DNA of 64,000 bases from Candidatus Latescibacterota bacterium (GCA_965242865.1 CBDETK010000013.1:1952001-2016000); one strand, 5' to 3'. Numbered from the stretch's first letter, positions 1 to 10,925 are shown. Notes: generated from the letters alone by a model not told the origin. Made by a program: numbers and translations.

Positions 1-409
1 CATCCACGGCACGGCCTCATCCATTGTCGATACCGTCTTTGTCTGCCGCTCAACGGGCACCATTCCGCGCCAATGGCTTTTTGAGACGCCGGAGGAGCTT
101 GGCACTATCGTCGCTGAAGACCGCGATCAACTGGGAGCCGCCGGATACAAGCCCACGCTCGGCGACATCCGTTGCATCGTCTTTGGGCATCTCACCCGAA
201 TGGCCATCTGGAATCTACGTCGAGAGTGGTGTGTCGAGCGTCCCATGTCGGAAAAGTTGCACCGCTTCGCCGAGGCAGTGGCCGACCTCGGCGACCCCGA
301 CCGCATAAGCGAAATCCTCGCTGCTAAAAAACCCACACAATCTGCTGCCGGGCCGCTGTTTGCGGGTGGCAACCTCGGAGAGAGCAAGCGCGATGCCGTT
401 TGCTTTTGA
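1..409 (+). CDS. C-terminal part of a probable adenine DNA methyltransferase (DUF1156-like); 5' end outside window
   Basis: Frame 2 is open from the edge (IHGTASSIVDTVFVCR...RMAIWNLR...DAVCF*). It resembles the C-termini of DUF1156-type methylases and overlaps the start of a PD-(D/E)xK nuclease gene. Catalytic motifs are not in the window. Confidence 0.5.
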   Translation, partial: IHGTASSIVDTVFVCRSTGTIPRQWLFETPEELGTIVAEDRDQLGAAGYKPTLGDIRCIVFGHLTRMAIWNLRREWCVERPMSEKLHRFAEAVADLGDPDRISEILAAKKPTQSAAGPLFAGGNLGESKRDAVCF

Positions 410-1424
410 GGATACTTTTGCAGGGGTGCAGGCGAACCTCAACGTGTATGTCGATGAAGTGTTCGCCTGTCTGAAGTCGGAGTTTCTGGTCATGCCCAGA
501 GGCCCCGGGTTCGTCGAATACTCCACCTTCGCGAGTGGATACGAGGCCCTGAAACGCGCTACCACTGGCTTTCGGGACGTAACTCCAGAAACCGTCGCGC
601 CAGTCGTATTCAGGCTGCCGATTGCGCTGATCGTTCTCCGCTGCATGTTGGGATTCACGCCGACGGAATGGGCTTATTATGCCACGCAAGAGACCAACGT
701 GGAAATCCCACAAGGGGCTGTGCGGACCCTCGATCGGCAAATCCGCATGGCTCCGAAAAAGCCGCTCAACCGGAAGGGCGGGACCACCGAGCAGCGCGTC
801 CATGCTCTGATTACCGCCGCCTGCCAAATCCTCAATGAAGGTGCCCCTACCGTTGCGCCCGACAAGCTCCACCGCCTCGATAAAGCCGACACTACTGAAG
901 GTCTCGTCGGTCTGCAGTTCCTAGCAGATCGGGGCGTTCCCTATGCCATGTTGCTCTATGAACGCTTCCTTGGGCGTCCTTTTGCCGGCCACCGGGATTC
1001 GGTCAGTGAGTTGATCGGCGATCTCGTCGAAAACGCAATTGAAGAAGTGCTCCATCGCGCCGGCATTAGTTTCCGCAAAACCGGACGCGCCGAGCGCATA
1101 CCCGGCTTCGACCAAGCCCCCGACTTTATTGTCCCCGACGAGTTCAATCCCCAGATCATTATCGAGGCCAAGCTCACCGAGGACGATGGCACAGCCCGCG
1201 ACAAGATAACGCGTATCCAACATCTCGCTGAACTCGCCGTGAAGGGCCAGCCAGCCGGTCAGCCCAAATTTGAGGTAGTTGCTTGTATTGCGGGGCGCGG
1301 CTTCAAGGTGCGCCGCGAGGATATGAAGAAGTTGCTAATAGCTACGTGCGGCAAAGTGTTCACCTTGCAAAATCTACAGCAACTCGTCGAAAGCACCCGC
1401 TTACAGGAGTTTCGCACCCAATAA
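393..1424 (+). CDS. Putative type II restriction endonuclease (PD-(D/E)xK)
   Basis: Motif APDFIVPDEFNPQIIIEAKLTEDDGTARDK; GGAG RBS before ATG at 393; lies directly after the putative methylase. Confidence 0.65.
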   Translation: MPFAFEDTFAGVQANLNVYVDEVFACLKSEFLVMPRGPGFVEYSTFASGYEALKRATTGFRDVTPETVAPVVFRLPIALIVLRCMLGFTPTEWAYYATQETNVEIPQGAVRTLDRQIRMAPKKPLNRKGGTTEQRVHALITAACQILNEGAPTVAPDKLHRLDKADTTEGLVGLQFLADRGVPYAMLLYERFLGRPFAGHRDSVSELIGDLVENAIEEVLHRAGISFRKTGRAERIPGFDQAPDFIVPDEFNPQIIIEAKLTEDDGTARDKITRIQHLAELAVKGQPAGQPKFEVVACIAGRGFKVRREDMKKLLIATCGKVFTLQNLQQLVESTRLQEFRTQ

Positions 1425-1441
1425 GCCGACGGTCTATTATG

Positions 1442-1534
1442 GGTCTTGCCAACCTGACGCGGCCCGATTAGGGCAACCGCGGCTTGTCGGCCCAAGGCGT
1501 TGGCAACGATGCTATAGGTCCGGCGCGGAATCAT
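1442..1534 (-). pseudogene. N-terminal fragment of an AAA_14/DUF4143-type ATP-binding protein
   Basis: MIPRR...VALIGPRQVGKT (Walker A). Similarity stops after 31 codons, where it abuts the nuclease stop. Confidence 0.7.
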
Positions 1535-1789
1535 AACCTTGCAAAATTAAAGCGAGGCTTTAGAAAAACAAGGATGCGTGAGAGGGTGTATTAGAAAAGG
1601 TTCGGTTTGGTGCTACATAAGGCGACTGTCCTGTGCGGATTCTGCTTTCTTGCGAAAGAAATCGCAATCCCACGCTATCGTACACTAAACGGGGCAGAAT
1701 TGGATAGGCTACGCAGGAGGAGATTGACGCTCTGATTTAGCGACCCGAATTGTGGCGATTGTGGCTTTTGTGTGTTCCAGCTTGGGCAC

Positions 1790-1833
1790 AAAAAAGCCCC
1801 GTCTATCTATGTTGCGCGAGATAGACGGAGCTT
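1790..1833 (-). terminator. Rho-independent terminator of the LRR gene
   Basis: Stem GCCCCGTCTATCT/AGATAGACGGAGC, followed on the minus strand by a T-run. Confidence 0.75.
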
Positions 1834-1919
1834 GATTAGCAGGACGCTCCTCCTCTTGGGCCGATACCGGCCAAACGCCCTGCTCCTCTTGGGTTAGTAA
1901 TCCCAATTTACCGTGACAC

Positions 1920-2813
1920 CTACGACCACTGTATCGTGACGCCTTCGGCTTTCAAGTATATGATATGATGGTCCGTTTCACCTATTAGACTGCCATCGGC
2001 GTTTCTGGCGTTTCTCAGCCTCAGTGTTTCCAACTCGGGCAGACAAGTCAACGGACTCAGATCTGAAATCCTGTTGGAGCTCAGGTTCAACGTTTTCAAC
2101 TTGGTCAGATTGGTCAGCGGACTCACATCCGTAACGCCAGCGTCGTTCACCTTCAACCATTCCAAGTTGGTCAGACTAGTCAAGGGACTCAAATCCCCAA
2201 ATTCGTTAGCACCTACCCCCAACCGTTTCAAGTTGGTCAGGCTGGACAGCGGACTCACATCCGTAATCTTGTTGATGTACAGATGCAGCCCTTTCAAGTT
2301 GGTCAGGTTGCCCAACGGACTCACATCCGTAATCTTGTTTCTGTCCAGGCTCAACATTTTCAAGTTGGTCAGGCTGGACAGCGGACTCACATCCGTAATC
2401 TTGTTGCTGAACAGATACAGAGTGTCCAAGGCCGTAGCATGTTGGAGGCCGTCCAAGCTCTGAATGCCTCTACCACTCGCGTCGAGCTTGGTCAGGGTAG
2501 CCAGATCAGTCGGTCTAAGGGGCGGCACGGTAGGGTCCGTCAAGCTGCTGGTGGGGTCCCCCCCCACCTGGGACCCCAGTGCTGTCCGCACCGCACGCTC
2601 CAGACTGGAGTCGGCGAACGTAACGTAGGTCGGTGTGCTATCGGCGTCGGGGATGCCGTCCCCGTCAGAGTCTGTCGGACTGGTCAGGGTCAGGTGGGTT
2701 TTGCCGGCAGCTTGGGGAGCTACTGGCGAGGTGTCGGACGAGCAGCCCATCCAAACACCGACGAAGCCCAACAGGCCGAACCCGAGCAGGGTTTTGAGGG
2801 ATTTCAACAACAT
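1920..2813 (-). CDS. Internalin-like leucine-rich-repeat lipoprotein
   Basis: AAGGAG RBS before ATG at 2813; signal peptide ending WMGC; FADSSLERAVR cap; 22-aa repeats LxxLTNLKxLxLxxNKITDVSP. Confidence 0.9.
   Translation of the reverse strand: MLLKSLKTLLGFGLLGFVGVWMGCSSDTSPVAPQAAGKTHLTLTSPTDSDGDGIPDADSTPTYVTFADSSLERAVRTALGSQVGGDPTSSLTDPTVPPLRPTDLATLTKLDASGRGIQSLDGLQHATALDTLYLFSNKITDVSPLSSLTNLKMLSLDRNKITDVSPLGNLTNLKGLHLYINKITDVSPLSSLTNLKRLGVGANEFGDLSPLTSLTNLEWLKVNDAGVTDVSPLTNLTKLKTLNLSSNRISDLSPLTCLPELETLRLRNARNADGSLIGETDHHIIYLKAEGVTIQWS
2040..2480. repeat. 66-bp coding tandem repeats (LRR units)
   Basis: Near-identical units TTCAAGTTGGTCAGG...CGGACTCACATCCGTAATCTTGTT start at 2227, 2293 and 2359. 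Confidence 0.9.
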
Positions 2814-2965
2814 TGTTTTCTCCTTGATATTGTTAGGAGGTAGTAGAAGGGAATGGCGCGACACTCGCTTTGAGTACGCCTTGCCATGGATATTCACGCG
2901 GGCCGCTCTTGTCAAGGATGAGTGAGCATTCAGAGTATTGTGTAAAAAAAGAGCAGAGCAACAAA

Positions 2966-3358
2966 TTAGGGCGCATCGCGGTCGTCAAAGTTTTCTGCGG
3001 ACACCTCTTCTTTGCTCAGCACTTCTACGAGGTGGTAGGCGTACCGGCCTACATCTTGGATTCCCTCCCCCCGGTCCACCAGCCGCACTTTCAGCGTATA
3101 GATAAACCCAGCGGCAAAGTCGAATCCTTCTATGCTCTCATAGAACAATTCCCACCGTTGCCGCTCGTCATTGTAGATGAGGAAACACTCCTGCTCGATA
3201 AGCCCCTGACAGGTTTCGGTATAAGGGCCTATGGTGATAACCGCGGTTCGCTCGGCCGGGCGCACGCTGTTATCGCAACCCACCAGCAAGACGAAGGCTA
3301 GGCAAACCACAAAAGCCCCTTGGCCGCGGGGCGTTCTGACAACAAAAGCTCTACTCAT
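2966..3358 (-). CDS. DUF4377-like lipoprotein
   Basis: Lipobox LLVGC; pattern TIGPYTETCQG..QECFL...WELFYESIEGFDFAAGFIYTLKV; AAGGAG RBS. Confidence 0.75.
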   Translation of the reverse strand: MSRAFVVRTPRGQGAFVVCLAFVLLVGCDNSVRPAERTAVITIGPYTETCQGLIEQECFLIYNDERQRWELFYESIEGFDFAAGFIYTLKVRLVDRGEGIQDVGRYAYHLVEVLSKEEVSAENFDDRDAP

Positions 3359-3378
3359 CGTCGTCTCCTTTGAAGCCA

Positions 3379-4290
3379 CTAAACCCGCAAGCTGCCCACC
3401 AGCGAGGCGAGGCGGTCAATGCCGCGCTCGTCGCAATAGGCGTGGAGGCCCTCGGCGATTTCGACGCCGGCGTTGGGGTTGGTGAAACTGGCCGTGCCGA
3501 CTTGGACAGCGCAAGCACCGGCAATCATAAATTCTAGGGCATCGCGCGCCGAGGTGATGCCGCCGAGGCCCATGACGGGCACGGGCACTGCTTGGGCCAC
3601 CTTCCACACCATGGCGAGGGCTACGGGCTTGATCGCCGGGCCGGACAAGCCACCGGTCGTGCCGCCCAAGACCGGCCGCCGCCGCTCCACGTCAATGGCC
3701 ATGCCAACGAGCGTATTGATCAGGGACACTGCATCCGCACCCGCATCCACTACGGCGCGGGCAATCTCGGCAATGTCCGCGACATTGGGCGTCAGCTTGG
3801 CGATGACCGGTCGCTGCGTGCGAGCGCGGACCGCGGCAATGGCGGCCGCGGCTGTCTGGGGCCGAGTGGCAAAATTGTCGCCCCCGGCCTCAACATTGGG
3901 ACAGGATATATTGACTTCGAGCGCGGCAATGCCGGCCAACGCTTCGAGACGCGCCGCCATCTGCCCGAACTCCTCGACCGAGAATCCGGCGATGTTCACC
4001 ACGACGGGCGCGTCCAAACCGGCCAACAAGGGCCATTGCTCCTCGGCAAAAGCCGCCAACCCGGGGTTTTGCAAGCCAATGGAATTGAGCAGCCCGGCCG
4101 GCGTCTCGACGATGCGCTGGGGCGGGTTGCCGCCGCGGGGCTGCGGAGTAATGGTTTTGGTGACCAGCCCACCCAAGCGGGCAAAATCGGTCAGCGGCAC
4201 CAGCTCCTGACCGTAGTTGCACGTGCCCGAAGCGAGCAGCACCGGGTTGCGCAGTCGCACCCCAGCAAAGTCTAGGCTCAGGTCGGCCAT
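3379..4290 (-). CDS. pyrD: Dihydroorotate dehydrogenase B, catalytic subunit
   Basis: NPVLLASGT, EVNISCPNV, KLTPNV, GGLSGPAIKP motifs; alternative start at 4302. Confidence 0.95.
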   Translation of the reverse strand: MADLSLDFAGVRLRNPVLLASGTCNYGQELVPLTDFARLGGLVTKTITPQPRGGNPPQRIVETPAGLLNSIGLQNPGLAAFAEEQWPLLAGLDAPVVVNIAGFSVEEFGQMAARLEALAGIAALEVNISCPNVEAGGDNFATRPQTAAAAIAAVRARTQRPVIAKLTPNVADIAEIARAVVDAGADAVSLINTLVGMAIDVERRRPVLGGTTGGLSGPAIKPVALAMVWKVAQAVPVPVMGLGGITSARDALEFMIAGACAVQVGTASFTNPNAGVEIAEGLHAYCDERGIDRLASLVGSLRV

Positions 4291-5090
4291 GCGCTGCTCC
4301 ATTGTATCTGCCGCGCATCAAACGCCGGCCCATCCACGCAGACGCGGCCATAGCGGCCGTAGTCCGGGGCGCCTTTTTCCGTCTTGAGCGCGACGGCGCA
4401 GCCCACGCAGATGCCAATGCCGCACGCCATGTACTCTTCGAGAGAAACCTGACACGGCACTTGGGCCGCTAGGCATAGAGCGGCCACGGCCTGCATCATC
4501 CCGTGCGGGCCACAGCAATAGACCGCGCCCGGCCCGTTTGCAGCGAGCTCGTGTTGCAACAGATCGGTGACCAAGCCGGCGTGGCCGAGGCTGCCGTCGT
4601 CCGTGGCGCAGCGCACTATGTCCGCGGCCGGCGCGAGCAACTCGTGGGGCAGGTGCTTGTCCGCTGTCCGCGCCCCGACCAACAGCACCGTCTGGTGTGC
4701 CCGCTGCCTCAGCTCCAACCCCCAGTACAGCAGCGGCGGCACGCCAATGCCACCGCCGACCAATACGACGCGCACCCCTTCGGGCGGCGGCGCGAAGCCC
4801 TTGCCCAGCGGGCCGAGGGTCGGCAGGGTGGCGTCCGGCCCGAGTTGACGCAGTGCGTGCGTCTTAGGCCCGACCTCCTCGAACAGTACCTCGATGCTAC
4901 CGGCCTTGCGATCTACGCCGCTCACGCTCAGGGGGAGGCGCAACAAGGGAGCGGTCCCCGCGCCGACTTGGATGTTGACAAACTGGCCCGGCTCAATGCG
5001 CGTGGCAATGCGAGGTGCGTTGAGACGCGCCCAATAGAAGTCGGCCGCGACTTCGCGCTGGCTCAACAGGCGCGCTGGCTCGTCAATCAC
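4278..5090 (-). CDS. pyrK: Dihydroorotate dehydrogenase electron-transfer subunit
   Basis: PGQFV, GGGIGVPP, CGPHGM, MACGIGICVGC...CVDGPAF [2Fe-2S] motif. Confidence 0.95.
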   Translation of the reverse strand: MIDEPARLLSQREVAADFYWARLNAPRIATRIEPGQFVNIQVGAGTAPLLRLPLSVSGVDRKAGSIEVLFEEVGPKTHALRQLGPDATLPTLGPLGKGFAPPPEGVRVVLVGGGIGVPPLLYWGLELRQRAHQTVLLVGARTADKHLPHELLAPAADIVRCATDDGSLGHAGLVTDLLQHELAANGPGAVYCCGPHGMMQAVAALCLAAQVPCQVSLEEYMACGIGICVGCAVALKTEKGAPDYGRYGRVCVDGPAFDARQIQWSSAWPT

Positions 5091-7696
5091 GGCTCGGCCC
5101 CTTCGGCTTGCGCAAACGGCACGGTCAACTCAACCCAAGACTTGATCGCCGCGCCGTTGCGGCGCACCGCCGGATAAAAGCGATAGCCATAAGCGGCTGC
5201 GACCGCGCGCTCCACAAACGGGGGGTCGCCGCGAAAGACTTCTACTTGCTCGGGCCGCCCCTCGCGGTCGATCAGCACGTCGAGCAATACCTCGGCCGAA
5301 TCCGCGACCGTGGCCGGATAAACGGGTCGCACCACTTGCCGGACCAGCGGCCAATCGCTCAGCGACAGGTCGCCCTCCTTCCACCCGAGCTCGTCGGCGG
5401 GGAGCGATAAATCGAGCGCGATCATCGCTTGGATGTCCAAGTCTTCGCTCGCCTGAAAATCCGGGTGCTCCTCCACCAAGAAGCGAATTTGCGGGCTGTT
5501 GCGGTCGCGCCGGGCGACCTCGCGCAGGTAGTGGTTGGCCGAGTCCGCTAGGCCCTGCTCGGTAAAGGAGTGCCAGAGCCGGTAGTAGAGGCTGAGGTTC
5601 CGCTGGTCAAAGGACAGGGCTTGGCGATAGAAATCAATGGCGTCGTTGAAATAGCCTTCCTCCGAGTTGATGGTGCCGAGTTGATACAGGGCGCGCGGGT
5701 TGGTGGCCTGCTGGTCGATGCTCCGCTCGTAAAAATCGCGGGCTAGCGCAATGTCCCCGCGCCGCTGGGCGCGCTCGGCAAAGCCGATGTACTTGCGCGC
5801 CAAGGACACGGAGTCGAGCGTGTCTGGCTCCAAGGCGAGCAGCTCAATGTGCTCCCCCGGGGCGAGCTGGCCGCCGACCGCCTTGAGGCTGCGCTCCAGC
5901 TTGTCGATGAGCTTTTCCTCGCGCACTTCCCACCGCTGCTGGGCCAGCTTGCCAAACCGCGTCTCAGCGAACTCGGCGCGCAACAATTGATAGCGCTCCT
6001 CGGCCGCGGCCGTATCCCCTACTACATTCTCGTAGGTATTGGCCGCCAAAAACGCCGCTTGCCCCCCGGTATGCGTACCGGCGAAGGCCCGGCTCAAACT
6101 GTCCAACAGGGGGATGTACGCCGCGGGGTTTGTCGGCTGCGCTAGGCGCAAGGTCTCGATCCGCGCAAACGCCCGGGCGGCCAGCTCTTCGGCGGTGGCC
6201 TCGGCTTCTCGCCCCAGCAGGCGGCGGGCCTCATTGGCGTGGGCCGAGGTGGGAAACTCCTCGATCAGCCGCAGCAAGTGGGGCCTAGCGCCCGCTTCGT
6301 CTCCGCGCTGGTGCAATTCGATCCAAGCGAGGCTGTACACCGCACGGGACAATTGGTCGCTGTCCGGGAAGCGGCGGATTACTTCCTCGTAGTACGCGCG
6401 GGCCGAATCGGCCTGCCCGATCTCGTCGCGGTACAGCTCGCACGCGCTGAACAGGTCGTCTAGCACCGCCAAACTCCGCGCCACGACCACGGTGTCGGCC
6501 GGAGGCGCTGCGGCCGGCCACAACAGCGGCCCCTGCACTGCGCCGAGCGAGTCCGCGTAGAGCGAATCCGCGCGGTGGATCTGGCGCTGGAACTGGTGCA
6601 GCCGCCGCAGATGCCCCAGCATCTCCTGCGCCAAGAGCACGCCCTGCGCCCCCGGGCTCTCGCGGCTGCTCTCTTCGAGATAATCGCGCGCCCGCTCGGT
6701 ATCCCCGTATTCCTGCAGATGCAGCAAGCCGCTGCGGTACAGGGCCATGGCCGCAGAGGGGGTCTGGGGAAAGTCGTTGCGGACCTGCTCGTACTCGGCG
6801 AGGGCTTGGTCGAGCAAGCGGCGGTCCTGATACCACTCGCCGATGAGGAGCCGGGTGCGGCCCTCAAAGCGGCGGAAGCGGCCCTCGTCGAGCAGGCTGA
6901 GATACGTGGCGAGGGCCTCGTCGGCCGCGCCCAGAGCGTAGAGGGTGCGGCCCCTGTTGAGCAGGGCGCGATACTTTTGGTCCGCGCTCGGACCGGCCTG
7001 CAGTACCTCGTCAAAGGCCGCGAGGGCCTCGTCGAAGCGGGCTGGCTCCGCTAAGGCCATCAACGCCTCGCCCAAGCGCAACCACAGCTCGGCGCGCACC
7101 GCGCTTTGGGGAAAGGCCGTTAGCACCGCCTGATATGCCCGCATGGCCGCGATGTAATCCCCGCGGTCGTGCGCCATCTCGGCCAAGTGCAGGCCGGCTT
7201 GGACGGCGACCTTTTCTTGGGCCTCGGCAAAAAGCACTCGATAGAGGGCCTGCGCTTGATCGTCGATCCGCTGCCCCGCTAGGCAGCGGGCGCGCCAGTA
7301 GCGGGCTCGGTCGAAGTACGGACTGGACGGGAAAAAGGTCTCCAAGTCGCGGAAGGACTCTTGGGCATTGAGGTATTCGCCGCGCCAGTAATAGGATTGG
7401 CCAATCAGAAACATGGCGTCGTCGACCAAGTCGCTCTCCTTGTACTCGTCGAGCACCTTGGACGCCTTGCGCACCACTTTGTCGTAGAGTTGGTCGGCCT
7501 GCGGCGAGCGCTGCCGCTGCAATTCGGGACCGGCCCGGTCAAAGGCCCAGTCGGCGTAGGTCTCTTCGTGCTTGCGCCGTTCCTTCTCGGCTTGGCGGAA
7601 GAATTTTTTGGCGTTGTAAAACGTGTTGAAATAGACGCAGGCCGAAATCGCCAGACAACAAGCCAGCAGCAAGCGGCCGGTGGGCGCGATCCGCAC
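5087..7696 (-). CDS. TPR-rich lipoprotein (BamD/YfiO-like repeats) with C-terminal TonB_C-like domain
   Basis: Lipobox ISAC followed by VYFNTFYNA; many TPR helices (FPxS repeats); C-terminus PVYP...VLIDREGRPEQVEV...YRFYPA. Confidence 0.75.
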   Translation of the reverse strand: MRIAPTGRLLLACCLAISACVYFNTFYNAKKFFRQAEKERRKHEETYADWAFDRAGPELQRQRSPQADQLYDKVVRKASKVLDEYKESDLVDDAMFLIGQSYYWRGEYLNAQESFRDLETFFPSSPYFDRARYWRARCLAGQRIDDQAQALYRVLFAEAQEKVAVQAGLHLAEMAHDRGDYIAAMRAYQAVLTAFPQSAVRAELWLRLGEALMALAEPARFDEALAAFDEVLQAGPSADQKYRALLNRGRTLYALGAADEALATYLSLLDEGRFRRFEGRTRLLIGEWYQDRRLLDQALAEYEQVRNDFPQTPSAAMALYRSGLLHLQEYGDTERARDYLEESSRESPGAQGVLLAQEMLGHLRRLHQFQRQIHRADSLYADSLGAVQGPLLWPAAAPPADTVVVARSLAVLDDLFSACELYRDEIGQADSARAYYEEVIRRFPDSDQLSRAVYSLAWIELHQRGDEAGARPHLLRLIEEFPTSAHANEARRLLGREAEATAEELAARAFARIETLRLAQPTNPAAYIPLLDSLSRAFAGTHTGGQAAFLAANTYENVVGDTAAAEERYQLLRAEFAETRFGKLAQQRWEVREEKLIDKLERSLKAVGGQLAPGEHIELLALEPDTLDSVSLARKYIGFAERAQRRGDIALARDFYERSIDQQATNPRALYQLGTINSEEGYFNDAIDFYRQALSFDQRNLSLYYRLWHSFTEQGLADSANHYLREVARRDRNSPQIRFLVEEHPDFQASEDLDIQAMIALDLSLPADELGWKEGDLSLSDWPLVRQVVRPVYPATVADSAEVLLDVLIDREGRPEQVEVFRGDPPFVERAVAAAYGYRFYPAVRRNGAAIKSWVELTVPFAQAEGAEP

Positions 7697-7706
7697 GAGC
7701 CGCCTC

Positions 7707-10700
7707 CTAGCCCCGATGGTAATCCTGCAGGGATCGCACCCCTAGTTCGGCGCGTTGCAGTGCTTCGATGCCCGCGGCCGCGGCGCGGGCCCCGGCCAAG
7801 GTCGTCGTGTAGGGCACGCCGGTTACGACCGCGGCTCGCCGCACCGCAAAGTCGTCGTAGTGCGAAGGCTCGTCGAGGGGGGTGTTGATAATCAGGTCGA
7901 TCTGGCGGCTGCGAATGGCGTCTTCGATGTGCGGACGCCCTTCGTGGATTTTGCGCACCCGCTCGGCCGCGATGCCGTGCTGGCCGAGAAAATGGCACGT
8001 GCCCTGCGTAGCCACCAACTCAAACCCGGCCGCGCACAGCCGGCGGGCCACCGGCAAGACCTCCTCTTTGTCGCAATCGGCTACGCTGATAAAGACCCGA
8101 CCGCGCGCTGGCAGCAGCGAACCCGCTCCCATCTGCGCCTTGAGGAAGGCCGTGCCAAAGTCGGGGCCGATGCCCATGACTTCGCCGGTGGATTTCATCT
8201 CCGGCCCCAGCAGGCTATCGGCCCCGGGGAATTTTATAAAGGGCAGCACGGCTTCTTTGACGGATATGTGCGCCGGCGCGACCTCCGCGGTAAAGCCCTG
8301 TTCGCGCAAGCTCATGCCCACCATGGCCCGGGCCGCGATCTGGGCCAGCGGGCGGCCAATGGCCTTGCTGACAAACGGCACGGTGCGCGAGGCCCGGGGA
8401 TTCACTTCAATGGCATAGACCTCGCCTTGATAGACCGCGTATTGCACGTTCATCAGGCCGACCACGCCGAGGGCGCGCGCCAGCGCGTGGGTGTGTTCGC
8501 GCATGGCCTCGATGTGCTCGGCCGGCGTGTCGTAGGGCGGCAAGGTACAGGCGCTGTCGCCCGAATGCACACCCGCGTGCTCGATGTGCTGCATGATCCC
8601 GCCGACGACCACGTCCGTCCCGTCGGCCACGGCATCCACGTCAAATTCCTCCGCACCTTGCAGGTAGCGGTCGATGAGCACGGGCCGCTCGGGCGCGACC
8701 TCAATGGCTTCGTTCATGTACGTTTCAAGGCCCCCGACATCGTAGGCGACGACCATGGCCCGCCCGCCGAGCACGTACGAGGGCCGCACCAAGACCGGGA
8801 AGCCGAGCTGCTCGGCGATTGCGCCGGCCTCGGCGCAACTGGCGGCCATGCCGTTGGCCGGCTGGCGGATGCCCAGTTCGTCGAGCAGTTGGCCAAAGCG
8901 CCGGCGGTCCTCGGCCCAGTCGATGCTGCGGGGCGAGGTGCCGATGATGGGCACGCCCTCGCGTGCGAGTTCGGCGGCCAAGTTCAGGGGCGTCTGGCCT
9001 CCGAACTGCACGATGACGCCGTCCGGGGCTTCGCGCTCGACGATGTGCAGCACGTCTTCGATCGTCAGCGGCTCAAAGTAGAGCTTGTCGGCCGTGTCGT
9101 AATCGGTGCTGACCGTCTCGGGATTGGAGTTGATCATGATGGTTTCGTAGCCGATTTCGCGCAGCGCGAAGCACGCGTGTACGCAACAATAATCGAACTC
9201 AATCCCTTGGCCGATGCGGTTTGGCCCCCCGCCGAGGATGGCGATTTTCTGGCGCGACGAGCGCACGACCTCGTCCTCGCGGTCGTACGTCGAGTAGTGG
9301 TAGGGCGTGTGGGCTTCAAACTCTGCGGCGCAGGTATCGACCGTTTTGTACACCGGGCGAATGGCCAACTCGCGGCGACGGCGGCGGACGCTCGCCTCGT
9401 CGCAGCCGCGGAGATGGGCTAGCTGGCGGTCGCTAAATCCCCACTCCTTGGCGCGGCGCAATAAGGCCGCATCGGCCAAGGCGTCTTCTCGCGCTAGCTG
9501 CTGCTCCAATTCAAAAAGCTGGTAGAGCTGGTCGAGAAACCACGGATCAATGCCCGTGAGGCCGTAGATCGCATCGTGGGTATAGCCTTTGGCAATGGCC
9601 AGCTTGAGGTACGCCATGCGCTGGGAGTTGGGACGCATCAATTTTTCGCGCAGTTCCTTGTCGGCCACCTTGGCCGCGCTGAGGTCCTTGCCGTCGGCGC
9701 CAAACCCGGCGCGGCCGACCTCCAGCGAGCGCAGGCCCTTTTGCAGGGACTCCTTAAAGGTCCGGCCAATGGCCATGGTTTCTCCCACCGAGCGCATCTG
9801 GGTGTCGAGGGCGTCGGGCGTGCTGGGAAACTTTTCAAAGGTAAAGCGCGGAATTTTGGTCACTACGTAGTCGATGGTCGGCTCAAAGGAGGCCGGGGTC
9901 TCGCGGGTGATGTCGTTGCGGATTTCGTCCAGCCCGTACCCCACGGCCAGTTTGGCGGCGATCTTGGCGATAGGAAAGCCCGTTGCTTTGGACGCCAGCG
10001 CCGAGGAGCGCGAGACCCGGGGGTTCATCTCGATGACGACCATGCGGCCGTTGGTGGGGTCGACCGCGAATTGGATGTTGGACCCGCCGGTATCCACCCC
10101 GATCTCGCGCATGATGCGGATGGCCGCGTCGCGCATCTGCTGGTATTCCTTGTCGGACAAGGTCTGCGCCGGCGCGACCGTGATGCTGTCGCCGGTGTGA
10201 ATCCCCATGGGGTCGAAGTTTTCAATTGAGCAGATAATGACCACGTTGTCGCGGTGATCGCGCATGACCTCCAGCTCAAACTCTTTCCACCCGAGCACTG
10301 ATTCCTCGATCAGCACCTCGTCAATCGGGCTTAGGTCGAGGCCGTGGCGGACGATCCGCTCAAATTCCTCGGCGTTGTACGCCACGCCGCCGCCCGAGCC
10401 GCCCAGCGTAAAGGAGGGGCGGATGATCGTGGGGTAGCCCAAGTCGGCTTGGTGGGTTTGGGCCTCTTCGAGGCTGTGGACGAAAGCCCCCCGGGGCATG
10501 TCCAACTCGGCCCGGTCCATGGCGGCTTTGAAGAGCTCGCGGTCTTCGGCCATCTTGATGGCGTCGAGCGGTGCGCCGATCATCTCGACGCCGTGCTCGG
10601 CGAGCGCGCCGCTTTCGGCCAAGGCCACCGCCGTGTTGAGCGCGGTCTGGCCGCCGAGCGTCGGCAGGAGGGCCTGCGGCTTTTCCTCGGCCATGATCCG

Positions 10701-10925
10701 CGCGCAAATCTCGGGCGTAATCGGCTCAATGTAAGTCCGGGCGGCCACTTCGGGATCGGTCATAATCGTGGCCGGATTGCTATTGACCAAGACGATGTCG
10801 TAGCCTTCTTCGGCCAGCGCCTTACAGGCTTGCGTCCCCGAATAGTCAAACTCGCAGGCTTGGCCAATGACGATGGGGCCGGAGCCGATGAGCATTATTT
10901 TTTGGATGTCAGTGCGTTTGGGCAT
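7707..10925 (-). CDS. carB: Carbamoyl-phosphate synthase large subunit
   Basis: [30 protein letters not shown]; duplicated ATP-grasp domains; MGS domain; 1072 aa. Confidence 0.99.
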   Translation of the reverse strand: MPKRTDIQKIMLIGSGPIVIGQACEFDYSGTQACKALAEEGYDIVLVNSNPATIMTDPEVAARTYIEPITPEICARIMAEEKPQALLPTLGGQTALNTAVALAESGALAEHGVEMIGAPLDAIKMAEDRELFKAAMDRAELDMPRGAFVHSLEEAQTHQADLGYPTIIRPSFTLGGSGGGVAYNAEEFERIVRHGLDLSPIDEVLIEESVLGWKEFELEVMRDHRDNVVIICSIENFDPMGIHTGDSITVAPAQTLSDKEYQQMRDAAIRIMREIGVDTGGSNIQFAVDPTNGRMVVIEMNPRVSRSSALASKATGFPIAKIAAKLAVGYGLDEIRNDITRETPASFEPTIDYVVTKIPRFTFEKFPSTPDALDTQMRSVGETMAIGRTFKESLQKGLRSLEVGRAGFGADGKDLSAAKVADKELREKLMRPNSQRMAYLKLAIAKGYTHDAIYGLTGIDPWFLDQLYQLFELEQQLAREDALADAALLRRAKEWGFSDRQLAHLRGCDEASVRRRRRELAIRPVYKTVDTCAAEFEAHTPYHYSTYDREDEVVRSSRQKIAILGGGPNRIGQGIEFDYCCVHACFALREIGYETIMINSNPETVSTDYDTADKLYFEPLTIEDVLHIVEREAPDGVIVQFGGQTPLNLAAELAREGVPIIGTSPRSIDWAEDRRRFGQLLDELGIRQPANGMAASCAEAGAIAEQLGFPVLVRPSYVLGGRAMVVAYDVGGLETYMNEAIEVAPERPVLIDRYLQGAEEFDVDAVADGTDVVVGGIMQHIEHAGVHSGDSACTLPPYDTPAEHIEAMREHTHALARALGVVGLMNVQYAVYQGEVYAIEVNPRASRTVPFVSKAIGRPLAQIAARAMVGMSLREQGFTAEVAPAHISVKEAVLPFIKFPGADSLLGPEMKSTGEVMGIGPDFGTAFLKAQMGAGSLLPARGRVFISVADCDKEEVLPVARRLCAAGFELVATQGTCHFLGQHGIAAERVRKIHEGRPHIEDAIRSRQIDLIINTPLDEPSHYDDFAVRRAAVVTGVPYTTTLAGARAAAAGIEALQRAELGVRSLQDYHRG

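Noticed and set aside
1848-1893. Two copies of CTCCTCTTGGG downstream of the LRR gene
   Set aside because: Only two short copies with no supporting context.
2040-2480. Regular 66-bp periodicity resembling a CRISPR array
   Set aside because: The units are in-frame LRR codons with no unique spacers, and no cas genes are present.
7755-9422. 555-aa plus-strand ORF and many other long antisense or alternate-frame ORFs across 3-56 kb
   Set aside because: Shadow ORFs of GC-rich genes (here carB), with no motifs or RBS.
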